64,000 bases of DNA from Okamejei kenojei (lineage: Eukaryota), in NCBI GenBank assembly GCA_035221665.1, contig CM069147.1:47120001-47184000 (forward strand). The letters run 5' to 3'. Shown here piece by piece: positions 39,891-51,676 of this stretch. Both the position numbers and the translations under genes were made by a program. Below the pieces are notes generated by a model. The model searched no databases and was not told the origin of the DNA. It saw only the letters and a list, made by a program, of their open reading frames with translations. Numbering within the stretch: position 1 is the first letter of the stretch; every line of letters starts with the position of its first letter.

Positions 39891-41577
39891 CTATGATGGG
39901 CAGGTGAATTCTTTAATAAGCACCAAACTAAATAAAATGACTTGAAGGCAATTTAACAGAAAAATAAGTCTAGCAAAAGAAGTATGAGAACAGAGTGACA
40001 CTGAATAAAGATTTTGGTATTTCTATAGGCCAGACCCAATAAGCTTGGTAAATTTCCTCTCCTGAAGAGTACTAGTAAAACGGATGGGTTTTAACAACAA
40101 TCTGCTAATTTTGTATTCATAATTTTTAATGACGCTTATTTTTCTTAGTTTCCAATTATTAAATAAAGCTCCATTTCACATGTATCATGATAAGATTTGA
40201 AAGATATCTGGATTATGGATATCTGGACCAGTAATTTAAACACTCTATGCACGATATACCCATTCATGATTGCTCTCTCAATATGGCCTTCCACCTTCAA
40301 AGATCGTAGCACATAATCATTCAGGTTTTTCTCTTGAGTAAAACACAAAGTGCTTGAGGAACTCGGCTAATCAGGCAGTTTCTGGGGAGAGAATGGACAG
40401 GCGAAGCCCTTCTTCAGACTGATCGGAGCCGCTGAGTTCCTGTTATGTATACACCCAGAGGGATGTGGGTTGAATGCAGGCAAATGGGACTAGGTTAGAT
40501 GGGGTATCTTGATCGGCATGGACAAGTTGGGCCTGAGGGCCTGTTTTCGTTCTGTATACACTATCTCAACAAAATAAGAATACAACTAAAAAGTTGACCT
40601 GTTGGACAACAGCTATTAAGACTCTCTGGAATTTCTACGCCAACAATCCTTCCTGACAACTTAAATTTTGTCATGCCTACTGAATATCTTGAGCGTACCT
40701 GGAAGGGAAAGTTCATCGAGGATCTTCAACTTCAAGCAAACGTTTTTTTTCAAGGAAATCAAGGCAGGCACTCCGGTGCTGAAATGAAGAATTATTACAT
40801 TGTTAAAGATGCCATCTTTCGGATAAGGTATTAAACTTAAGGTGTATAACGCAAAGTTCTGGAGTGACTCAGCGGACCAGGCTGCATCTCTGAAGGGCAT
40901 GGATAGGCGATATTTCACTCTTGGGTCTCTTTAGAGCATTCAGCTTGAGGGCCAGCCAACTGTACCATGTGGGCATGTAAGATCTTGAATCTCTCCTTTG
41001 CAGTAAGCAGGGGAGTTCTCCCTAGTGTCCCTCTTTCAACATTCCTAAAATCTTGTCTGATGATTAACACATTGGAGACACAAAGAACTGCAGATGCTGG
41101 TTTACAACAAAAGACACAAAGTGCTGGAGTTTTGGTGAGGTCTCCTAGAAGGTATTTCAAATGGATATTTTATTCATTTGACTGTTTTTTCATAAGAATT
41201 AGGAGTAGATAAGGTGGCCCTTTGTCTGCTCTGCCATTGATCAAGATCATGGGTGATCTACTACAGTATAATTTTTCTGCAATCCTTCCAAATCCCTTGA
41301 TTCGCTGGAAATTCAGAAATCCCTTGACCGCTGTTTTGAATTAACTCAATAACTCGGCCTCCCCAATTCTCCAAAGATTCACCATCAGCTTAGGGAAGAA
41401 ATCTCCCTCAATTTCAGGTCCAAATGGCTTCCCCTGACTTTGCGACTGTGACCCTAGCAGCTCTCTCCTTCAGATAAGGATAGCAAAACTATACAGGTGT
41501 AGGCTCACTAAAGCTGAGTATACTCAAGTCCCCTTACAGTAAAGGCCAACAAAACATTTGATTTCTAAGTATACCCA

Positions 41578-42170
41578 TGTCAAAAGTCAAAGTATCCTTT
41601 ATCGTCATTCAGACCTTTCGGTCTGAACGAAATTTTCGTTGCCTTGCAGGCATACATATAATAAAAAACAAAACACACAATAAACACATATTTAACATCC
41701 ACCACAGTGAGTTCACCAGGCACCTCCTCACTGTGATGGAAGGCAAAAGTCTTAAAGTCTTTGTCTTCTTCCCTCCTTGTTCTCCCTCTGCACTGAGGCG
41801 ATCCAGGCCTCCGATGTTGTCGTCCACTGAGCCCGCGGCCGAGCCTCCGAAGCCGGGCCGCCGCCACCACGAACACTGGAACACCGTCACAGCACTGAAG
41901 CCGGGTCCGCCGCCGGATTGCTGGAATGCCGCCACAGGAACGCCGGAACACCGCCACAGCTCTGAAGCCGGGCTGCCGCTGGAACGCCGGAACACCGCCA
42001 CAGCTCTGAAGCCGGGTCCGCCACCGTCGCCAGAACGCTGGAACATCCTCACAGCCCCGAGGCAGCCTGCTCCGCCATTAGGCCTCAGCACAGACGGAGA
42101 CGGACACGGGGGGGTACGACAAGAAAAAGTTGCATCCCCCAAAGGGAGAGACTTCGTCCCTTTGAAGATG
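41578..42170 (-). mobile_element. GC-rich non-coding retroposed element with LINE-type 3' end and internal tandem repeats
   Basis: Minus-strand end ...TTCAGACCGAAAGGTCTGAATGACGATAAAGGATACTTTGACTTTTGAC; 3-4 copies of GAACRCYGGAACACCGYCACAGCWCTGAAGCCGGG at 41871-42056; CpGs retained. Confidence 0.55.
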
Positions 42171-43056
42171 CCAATCTTTCCCACTGTTTGTGCCGATTGT
42201 TCCATTTGAACATACAAATGCTTACACTAGCAGATTTTATGTTAATTAAAGGAACATGGATTTTTTTAAACTGTAAATTTAGCCCGCAGTGCCCTATGAA
42301 GACAAATAATCAGGCTGCCTCTTAATTGCCATTCTGATAAATGTTGATGCTTCTGTTAGTGGGCTCTGGCATCTTTCAGTAACTGAAAAGTATACTGGTC
42401 AAAAGTTTTTTTTTTCATGGTTAGTTATACGTGTTTGACAAATATAAGAGGCTTTTGCTGCTAGCAACTCAAATTTTTTAAAAAAACATACAACGTATTA
42501 TTATGTCCTTGAGCTAGATACCATCTGTGATTACCTGGAAAGCCATGATGCATATAGAAATTAATTGTTTGCCCGTGTAGGTCAGTTGATTATTATTTCT
42601 GAATATAATCAACAGGAAATGGAAGAGGTTATTAGCCAATAACATTATTACGGGAGTAACTTATCTCTGTAGCAGAGGTTCTTATACTTTGCTATGTTGT
42701 AGGCCTGAGTCAATAGAATATTGCTTTCTTATAGTTTTTCAATTGTATTCTTGGGGACTCACTTCATCAACTGATGTATAAATATAGTAAATTCTGGAAA
42801 TTATATGTAAAGACAGCAATCCAATCAAGTTTCAAAATGATAACCTTTCATCAGAAACACTCTCCTCTCTCCACTCTTTTTCCTTCCCACTCTCTTTTTC
42901 TTTCCTCCCTCCCAGATTTCCCACTCTCTCGATTATCATTCCCATGCTTCACTTAAATGGAGAGCCCAAGATGGAGAAACAGGATCTGGATAAGTTTTTT
43001 AAAAACAATCATATTTTAGATTGCAGAGAACAGGGTGCAAGGATGCAAAGAGATAC

Positions 43057-43178
43057 ATGTATAGGAAGAAACTGCAGATGCTGGTTTAAACCGAAAATAG
43101 ACACAAAAAGCTGGAGTAACTCGGCGGTTCTGGCAAAAAGGAATTGGTGATGTTTTGGGTCAAGACCCTTCTTCAGAC
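43057..43178 (-). mobile_element. Short Penelope-derived terminal cassette
   Basis: Same consensus, ending GACCCTTCTTCAGAC. Further copies near 22941, 28432, 30818, 40340, 40845, 41075, 45320, 50897 (same orientation) and 58265 (opposite). Confidence 0.8.
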
Positions 43179-43699
43179 ATAGACAGATAAAGTGCATGGG
43201 CAATGGCATGGCAAATGGAGTATAATGTGTAAAGTTTGCTAGGTGGAAAAAAATAAGAGGGCGGAACACTTATTAAGTGGGGATTGTTTGAAAGGTGGTT
43301 GGTATTCACACGAACATTGGTTTCCGTGTACACATCATTGAAGGAAGCATGAAGTCAAGCTGAAAAAAAATCATCAGACTTGGCTCACTGATCTTAATAA
43401 AAATGATTAATACCAGACAAAATCTGGTTAATGTCAATAGTGTTAATGATTAAGATGATGGTCTCATTTTCAGCATCAAAAGTAAAATATTTTCTGTAAT
43501 CAAATATAATGTTTTGTTGTGAGTGTACACAGGAAATGTAAGGTCGATTTACAGTCAATACACTTAATGTGTACAAAACTTTGGAAATATGTTAGAGCAC
43601 AAATAACAGATTTATTCACTTTTCCTTACGTTTATGTGTTAATTTTGATCAGTACAGGGTTTTTGTGGCAAAAGTTTGACAACGTTGCTTTTTTTTTAG

Positions 43700-43851
43700 C
43701 TGCAGTAGCGAAAGTCACAGGCTGTAATCCAGATGAGCCAAATCTTCCCAGTGCCTTGTTGTCGCCACTTCTGCCACCTGTCGTGGTGAAGATTGAAGAA
43801 ACCATTTCAATGGACATGATATCGAATCAGACACCATCTACAGTCTTTAAA
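43700..43851 (+). CDS. NFAT5: NFAT5 coding exon (alternative in-frame starts at 43706 and 43709)
   Basis: Poly-T then TAG|CTGCAG|TAG| acceptors. (AA)VAKVTGCNPDEPNLPSALLSPLLPPVVVKIEETISMDMISNQTPSTVFK. Donor AAA|GTACTA is weak but gives the phase 0 needed by the next exon. Confidence 0.88.
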
Positions 43852-44834
43852 GTACTATCTTTTATTTCAACAGTTAGAAATGCATTTTGGGGGTATTTTT
43901 CATAAACAAACAGGCTGTGCAGCTTTATATCCTTACTGTATATACTGCCTGTTCTTGCAATTTTCCATGTTATCACCTCTAATGATACTAGTTTATGTTA
44001 TTTTTGACTTGATAATCATACATATAATGATTTGTATAATCTTCCATATTTTTTTTTTTTAATTTGTATTTTTGAATCTTAACAATAGGTTCACATTTTA
44101 GAGAAGTTTTTTTTCATTTTTGTGGCAAGTTTGCCATTGTATGGTTAAAATCATCATCAGTTAATTTTGATATCTGGCTTCATATGAAGATGTTTTGTCT
44201 TCTGACAGCACTGAATCAGAAACAAAGCAATGAAAGTTGGCCATTTAACACCTTGTTTGTTATGCCATTAAGTGAAGTTATGGTTTATCTGTTGTCTTAG
44301 TCTGTCTTTGCCCATATGATTTATTACCTCTGGTTACAAAATTTTTCAAATCTTAGATTTAAGATTAGCGACACAACTTGAATCATTTACCATTCATGAG
44401 AAGTTTCAAACTGTTACCATGATTTGACATGTATAAATGTTTCCTAACCATTCCTAAAAATAATGATATCCCCCTTGAACCTAACCAGTAGATTGCCACC
44501 CAGCAAAGATAACGTTTGTCAATCAATCTTATGTCAGCTCCTCAAAATGGGTTTGAAAACTGCAAAAACATCACTCCTTAACCTTCTAAAATGAAATGAA
44601 TACAGCTTTGGTATGTCCAATTTGACTTCACTTTGCTTTGGTATCATTCAATTAAATCTATGCTACACAACCAAAACCAATACATCTTCCTAAGATGTGG
44701 TATCCTGAACTGTGCATAACACTTCAAATATGGTCTGATCGGGTCTTATTAAGAGGCAGAATTTCTATCCCCTTGCATTCAAGTTCAGAAATATAGAATC
44801 TAGTAATCCAACAGGATTCAAAATAAATAATGCA

Positions 44835-44925
44835 TAGATACAAAATGCTGGAGTTGCTCTGCGGGACAGGCAGCATTTCTGAAGCGAAGGAATTGGTGAC
44901 GTTTCGGGTCGATACCCTTTCTCTT
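44835..44925 (-). mobile_element. Short Penelope-derived terminal cassette
   Basis: Matches GACACAAAATGCTGGAGTAACTCAGCGGGACAGGCAGCATCTCTGGAG consensus; TTCAAAATAAATAATG duplicated at 44817 and 44924. Confidence 0.8.
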
Positions 44926-46930
44926 CAAAATAAATAATGATGCATATTTGTTACTTTGTAGCGGGGACAACGTTCTTGTTTTCACTGAAAATATCTTAAT
45001 TAACAGTTTTTCATCAGTCCCCCGTTATTCCTTAGTTATTTTGCAAATAAAACTAAAACCTGATGGATTTAGATATTATGCTTCCAATTTCCTATTTATA
45101 GCTTGTAGAGTTTTTTGTTTTTTGTATCCCATCTTCTGGACTAGCCTCCATCTTCTCGATCTCATCTTCTGGACTAGCCTCCCTTGCGGGACTTATCAAA
45201 AACTTTGATGATCCCAACCGCCCTGTCCTAACTAATTATCTTGGTCACCTCTTCAAAAAAAAAGTCCATCAACCTAGTGAGACCAATTTCCCACATACAA
45301 AACCATGCAGACAATCCCTGGATAGGCACAAAATGCAGGAGTAACTCAGCAGGACAGGCTGCATCTCTGGATAGAAGGAATGGGTGACCCTTCTTCAGAC
45401 GATCCCTAATCAGTCTTGCCTTTCCAAATGAAGATAAATTCTATCTCAGAAACATTTTCACAACTGATGTTAGGCTCATTGGTCTATTGTTCCTTGGCTT
45501 GCCTTTGCAGCCCTTAAATAAATGCACCACGATAGCTACACTACAATCTTCTAGTACTGCATTATAGATGAGGAAGATACAAACATTCCTGCCAAGGCCA
45601 CGTTACTTTGATTCTTCGTGAGCATCTTGTTTCAGAAAACTATTCTGGAATCAATGAAGAAATTTCCTGTTTTACTGACGGGGCCATTAAATCTTAAATT
45701 CATTTATATTTCTTAATTCTACCATTAATCTGCACTCTCTGCTAATATGTGCTTTATATATTTTATTCACCAAGCATACTTCTTGTATTTCCTGGCATTC
45801 ATTCACCACCGCTTCCCCTCGCTTTAGAACTTAGCTGCAAGACAATTAGGACTGCGAGCTAAATTTCAGTAATAGCTTTTGTTTATCCCCCAAATCGAAT
45901 TTGCATCTGCAATTTTTTGATTTTTTTCCCCTTTTTGAATATAGAATGTTTAAATGGCCCATAAACCTCTGTTTTAATGTTTTTTTCAGACGTTTATTAT
46001 TTCTCATGGTTTAATTACTCTTACATATTTTAGCTTTCCTTTAATCAGCAATAAAGGGAAATGGTTTTTTATTTACCTGCAATAAGGAAATACCTGATTT
46101 CATCTTGTTCCTAGGATTTTTTATTTGTTTGACGAGGCATTCTATCCATGTCACACCTTATTTTATAATGGAGTCTGAAGTTCTCCACAGTTACCACATT
46201 GTCCCTCCCTATATCCCAATTCTTCTGAGCAGTCTCTAGAAAAAGCTGTTTCACAGTTTAATATGTTGTATCTTCCACCTATATAAAACTCACCATGGTC
46301 ATCATGTTATGATTCCTCTCGTCGTGCCCCTTTGAGATTTTAGTGATCTTTCTGACCGCATTTATTCCAATTGCTATATCAGTTGTACTCAATGCTTAGC
46401 TAAAGTTTCGTGGATCCATCTTCTGATCCCTTAGTCTACACTATCTGCCAAATCATCCTGTTTATTATTCTGGGGAAAATTGTCGAGATATTTGTTTAAG
46501 TACAGCAGCAACACTGCCTACTCATCTTCCAACCCCACCCAATTTTTCATGCGCACATTCTAACTCAATAATTGAGCCAAAGAGGGATAATCTACTGCGT
46601 ATGTATTTGATCAGTACATTCATACGGGGTTTATGGGCCATTTAAACATTCTATATTCGAAAAGGGGAAAAAAATCCAAAAAATTGGGGGTTCATAGGCT
46701 TCCATTTACTGTATTTAATTCACACAATGTGTTTTACCATTTCCAAATCTGTGATTGCAAGCTTTTTTCATGGTTTCAATTTATTTTTGCATGTTGGCAT
46801 GCATTAAATGTCAATAATATGAAGGCCTTCCAATTCTTTATAAAACAGTACACAAGCAGTATACGTAAGGTATGGTTATAACCTTAATATTGCTTTGTTT
46901 TAGTTTCTTGTTTTCATTTATTTTATTTAG

Positions 46931-49379
46931 AACCAAGAGATGGGAGCTGGACAGCAGTCTTTAGAAATCTCTTCAAACATCACAACCGGGGCTTCATTCT
47001 CTGGATCTGCCTCAAGGCAAGGAGGAGACAGTGATCAGCACCAACAAATTGAATCAAATGTGTTTCCAAGCACAGATGACTTATCTGCCGTACGGAAGCA
47101 AGACATTTCTCAGCCATGTACATTTCAAGCATCAAAATGTACCACCCAGGTTCAGAATAATGAAGGCTTGCTTCAGCAAACACCCCAGTTTCACAATCCT
47201 GGTTTATTGTTAGATTCAAGAGAAGTACAACCAAGAGACATTTTGCAGTCAGATGTATCCTTATCCCAAATGCCTGAGTCATCACTGCAACAGCAACAGA
47301 AGCAACAGCAGTCACAGACCCAGGCACTCCAAGAACATTCACCCAATATTTTCCAACAGAGCAGCAATGCATCACAGTTGCAAAATGCTTTGCAGTCTAT
47401 GCAATCAGGAAACTTTCAGACAAATTCTGAAAATGCCTTAAGTGGCAATGTAAGTCTTGTTCAACGGACTTTGGAGGCGACTCAGCAACAGTTGGCCTCC
47501 GTTTTATTTACTGGATCCAGCCCGTCTGAGACAATGCAGCAACCTGTGGAACAGGTGCAAGAGCAAATGAACGCAGGGATGTTCCACCAAGTAAGTGCAA
47601 TGCAGAGCAATCTCCCTCGAGATCTGTTCTCAAATTCAGATAACTCATCTCTCCCTAGATCTGACAATGTTCTTTCTGGACCTGAGAATTCATTATCAAA
47701 TCAACAAGTGTTGGAATCCTCAACAAACATGATGTTGGGAATGCAACAGAACATTTGTCAAGGATCAGGACAACTGCAGTCAGATTTGTACCAATCCACT
47801 TTAAATGGAAGCCTCCAACAATCTGATATCTTTCAGCAAACTTCTCATGTTCTGTCTATTCAAACCAGTGATGGAAACCAACATCAGATACCGCACAGCA
47901 GATTGTTTTCACCCACTACAACAGTAGCTGGGAATGAAAATGCAGGAAATCCACAGCAGCAAACATCTTCATCAGGTATCTTTCAGTGCTCTAATTCTAT
48001 GGTTGCTGTGGAGGACACGTCAGTGCAGCCTAATCAGAGGCAAACGGATATGTTTGAATCTATTGTGCAGTTGCAGCAGAGTGGAGAGAATCAGCCTCAA
48101 GTAACTTTATTTTCAAATGCAGATGGCATTATCCATGTTGAAACTGGTGGCTCCTCACAACCAACTGGGATTTTTCAGCAGAGTGGAGAAATGATGTCCA
48201 GTCAATCTGGAAGCTTCCTTCAGCAATCCCATCCATCGTCAGAACTATTCCATCCACAAAATTCCCTAAATCAAGTACAAAGTGCAGCTCATTCACAGTC
48301 TGGGCTTTTCCACTGCCCGAACACTGTTCTGCAACATCAGAATACTGCAGCTTCCCAAGACCAAGTACAATCAGCATTATTTCATTCTCAAGGCTCTTTG
48401 GCAGTTCTCCAAGGCTCGTCAATCGCCCAAGATCAGCAACAGGGAACGCTTTTTCTTTCCCCAAACTCTTTGCCTTCTCTTCAAAATAACAACATTTCAC
48501 AAGAAAAACAAGTCAGCTTTTATTCACCACAGAGCACAATTCCAACACTCCAGAGTTCAGGAAACCCAGAGCAACAATCTGTGAATGTCTTTCAGACCCA
48601 GGCACAAATATCTCAGATTCAGAATAACATGATTGCTCAAGAACAGCAACAGCAGCAGCAGAACCTTTTTCAACATCAAGTGGCCTTATCCTCTTCCCAA
48701 ACTAACACTTCCCCCCAAAATCAGCAAGCATCTATCTACCAGACCCAACATTCAATAGCTGCACTTCACAACAACCCTTCACCTCAAGACCAACCTCAGA
48801 ATGTTCTTTTTAATTCTCAGAATTCAATAAATAACAGCTTAGCTTCCCAGGAACAACAGCAGAACATCCTTTTCAACTCTCAGAATTCCATGCCTGCAAT
48901 GAATACCAATTTAACTTCCCAAGAGCAACAGAACCAAACACTTTTTCATACTCAGCCTAATATGGTGTCAGTTAATCAAGAACAGCAATCATCCATACAA
49001 TTCCAAAGCCAGACTACGGTTTCTTCACTTCAGAATAATGGGACGTCTCAGGGAGATCCGAAACAGTCGTCAGTTTTTCATGGTCAGCCTCAAATGCAGC
49101 TTGTTCAAAGTTCAGGAGGCACCCAAAATCAGCAAGTGACACTGTTCATATCTCAAAGTTCAATGTCTGCATTACAGAATAACATGAATCAACAAGATAT
49201 ACAGCAGTCTAATGTGTTTAATCCTCAAAATAATGTCCCCATACTTCAAAACAACACATCTGTATCAGGCCAGCAACAAAATACACTTTTTCACCCCCAT
49301 GGGACCATGAACCAGCTTCAGAATTCACCTACGTCAGCACAACAACCAACAGGCTTATATTTGTTTGAAATTCAAAATG
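46931..49379 (+). CDS. NFAT5: NFAT5 giant (2449 nt) exon: Q/S/N-rich transactivation / prion-like region
   Basis: TTTAG|AAC acceptor, ATG|GTAAGT donor. Contains the 820-aa ORF with QDISQP, QPQVTLFS, ELFHPQN, QFQSQTTVSSLQN, QVTLFIS, GTMNQLQNSP, LYLFEIQN. Confidence 0.97.
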
Positions 49380-49478
49380 GTAAGTGTAACTTAAATACAT
49401 GAGTGAATTTAAACTATTTGGCTGCCCAAATTAAATTTTAAAATGTATATTTTACCCAACCCAATTTCAGAAAGATAA

Positions 49479-49701
49479 TGTGTAGGAAGGAACTGCAGAT
49501 GCAGGTTTCAACCAAAGATAGACACAAAAAACTGGAATAACTCAGTGGGACAGACAGCATCTCTGGAGAGAAGAAATGGGTGATGTTTTTGTTCGAGACC
49601 CTTCGAGACTTTCCCATGACTTTCAGTCTGAAGAAGGGTCTCGACTTGAAACGTCACCCATTCCTTCTCTCCAGAGATGCAGTGTGTCCCGCTGAGTTAC
49701 C
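49479..49701. mobile_element. Penelope-derived inverted terminal cassette
   Basis: Two head-to-head copies of the terminal repeat (arms about 49538-49604 and 49633-49699), flanked by TCAGAAAGATAA / TCAGAAACATAA (49467, 49702). Confidence 0.85.
49624..49660 (+). ncRNA. Minimal type I hammerhead ribozyme motif of a Penelope-like element
   Basis: CAGT-CTGAAGA-A-GGGTC-TC-GACTT-GAAA-CGTC-AC: CUGANGA core 49628-49634, helix II with two G-U pairs, GAAA 49648-49651, palindromic ACGT helix III, GUC site ending at 49655. Confidence 0.7.
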
Positions 49702-51676
49702 TCAGAAACATAACTCTTGAAAATGTAATGTGTTTTCTTTATCTTTCCTTTTTCCCTCAAGTTGCTGACTTTTGCAGGTATTGCTGACCCTCCGTTAGGT
49801 TTTCCCAGTGGTTCTTCATCTAGCAGTAAAAATACTCTTTGGTACAACATTACTCTCGAGCTCCATCAGTTCAAAATGAACAGTTTTATTTTGTTGACGT
49901 TGTTCTCTTCCTTGTCCACTTCCCAAATCCTATAGAATGATTTACAACCACCAGCTGGCTGTAACATCTGACCAAGGCAGACAAACTGCCCTGAAGAAAG
50001 TTGCAGAAAAGTGTACAAATAATGGACTTGCTTATTTCTCAAATTCATTCATCCACTGGCAATATCCCTTCCATAGTCAATACTTATTGCTCATCCCACC
50101 TTGAATTGAACTTTCCTTGAACTTTCGGCCATATTGGAGGGAAGTCAGAAATTGATCACTTGATATGGGCCAAAGGTTGCACATAGGACAGACCAAATAA
50201 GGAAGGGAGATGTCCTCCCTGAGGACTTAAATTGTGTTGTACAACAATCCAGTTGTTTCAGGCCATTCATTACTGACACCTGCTTTTTGATTTCGGATTG
50301 ATTGATTAAACAATTGCAGTCGTGTAACTTGGACTCGTGTCTCCAGATTGTTAATTCAATCCACCAGACCACCAATCCAGTAAAATAATCACTGATTACC
50401 AAAATTAGGAATGTACTTTTTTAATAACTAAGAAAAAATCCTCTCCACTCTGTTTCAAAATGTTCTTATCTACACTGATGAGTGTGTAGGATGATTTACT
50501 GAGATTAGAATCATTCCAGCATTCGCAAGGACATCATCGTCACCGACCAGCATAAAGCATATTGAAACATTAGTGATCAGGTTGATGCAAGAACTTCTAT
50601 AATAGCTGTGCATCTCCAAAGCTCAGCCTTGGTATCATCCCTCACATATTCAACTCATCCAATCATTGAAAGATATGGTCAGGTGATAAGAGTATAATAT
50701 TGCTCCTTTTTTGTGCTGTAATCATGGAGAGTATAGTAGGATCCTCAGGCAGCAGGAGAAACCAGCTGATGTTACTCGGTCTTTCACCTGATGTTACTCG
50801 GTCTTTACAGTCCAAAATAAAGTCCTTCATCCTGAGAAATACAAATACTAAACTTGAAGAAAGAATCCTGGATTGAACAAAATATCTAAGTGTTTATAGG
50901 TAGACAAAAATGCTGGAGAAATTCAACGGGTGAGGCAGCATCTATGGAGCGAAGGAAAGAGGCGATGTTTCGGGACAAAACCCTTCTTCAGTGGTTTATG
51001 TTTGTGCTCAGTTACAGAATTATAGGTTTTGCACTTGCAACTGATAGAAAATTGCTTGAACTTCCAGAGTCTCTGATAAGGAAAGGCTTTGCATGTAGTA
51101 ATTTGTATTTCTGCAAAAAAAAGTATTCTGTTTTAGAACCCCCAGTAGCAGTCCTAAATCCAGTCAGACCATTGCTTATAAATACTCTCACTCTTGGAAC
51201 AATCTGCCGTAGAATTTCTTGCTACTTTCAAAGTGCATGTGAATGAGAAAGAGAGAGTCATTATTGCCGATTTTCAATATCCTCATAAAATTTAAAAAAA
51301 TCCCACAGTTATTGGAAATCCGAACTCCAGAAATTACTAGAGACACTCAACAAATCAGGCAGCACTGATGGAAAGAAAAACAACGGGAGTTACTGTTACA
51401 GATTGATACCTGTCATCAGATCTAATTCTGTAGCAAACTGGAAAGACTGATGAATACCCTCTCAGCCAGCACCATCATCACTTGTCACTTTCTCTCTCCC
51501 TGTCACGGACGTTATCTTTTTTCTCTCTATGATTAACCCATCTTTGCAACTTTGATTTCTGACTTTTCCTTGTTCCAAAGAGAGGTCATCAACTTGAATT
51601 GTTAACTCCCTCACTGCCTTCACAGGTGCTGCTTGACCTACCAGGTATTCCCAGTATTTTCTGTTTGTGTTTGTAG

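Noticed and set aside
41577-42217. Three overlapping ORFs of 125-210 aa
   Set aside because: Explained by GC-rich tandem repeats lacking stops; no recognisable domain or exon context.
43852-43862. Donor GTACTATCTT as a U12-type site
   Set aside because: Does not match GTATCCTT.
50766-50806. Short direct repeats (also 45130-45182, 52578-52625, 36243-36285) as an array or CRISPR
   Set aside because: Two-copy slippage duplications in eukaryotic DNA; no repeat-spacer structure.
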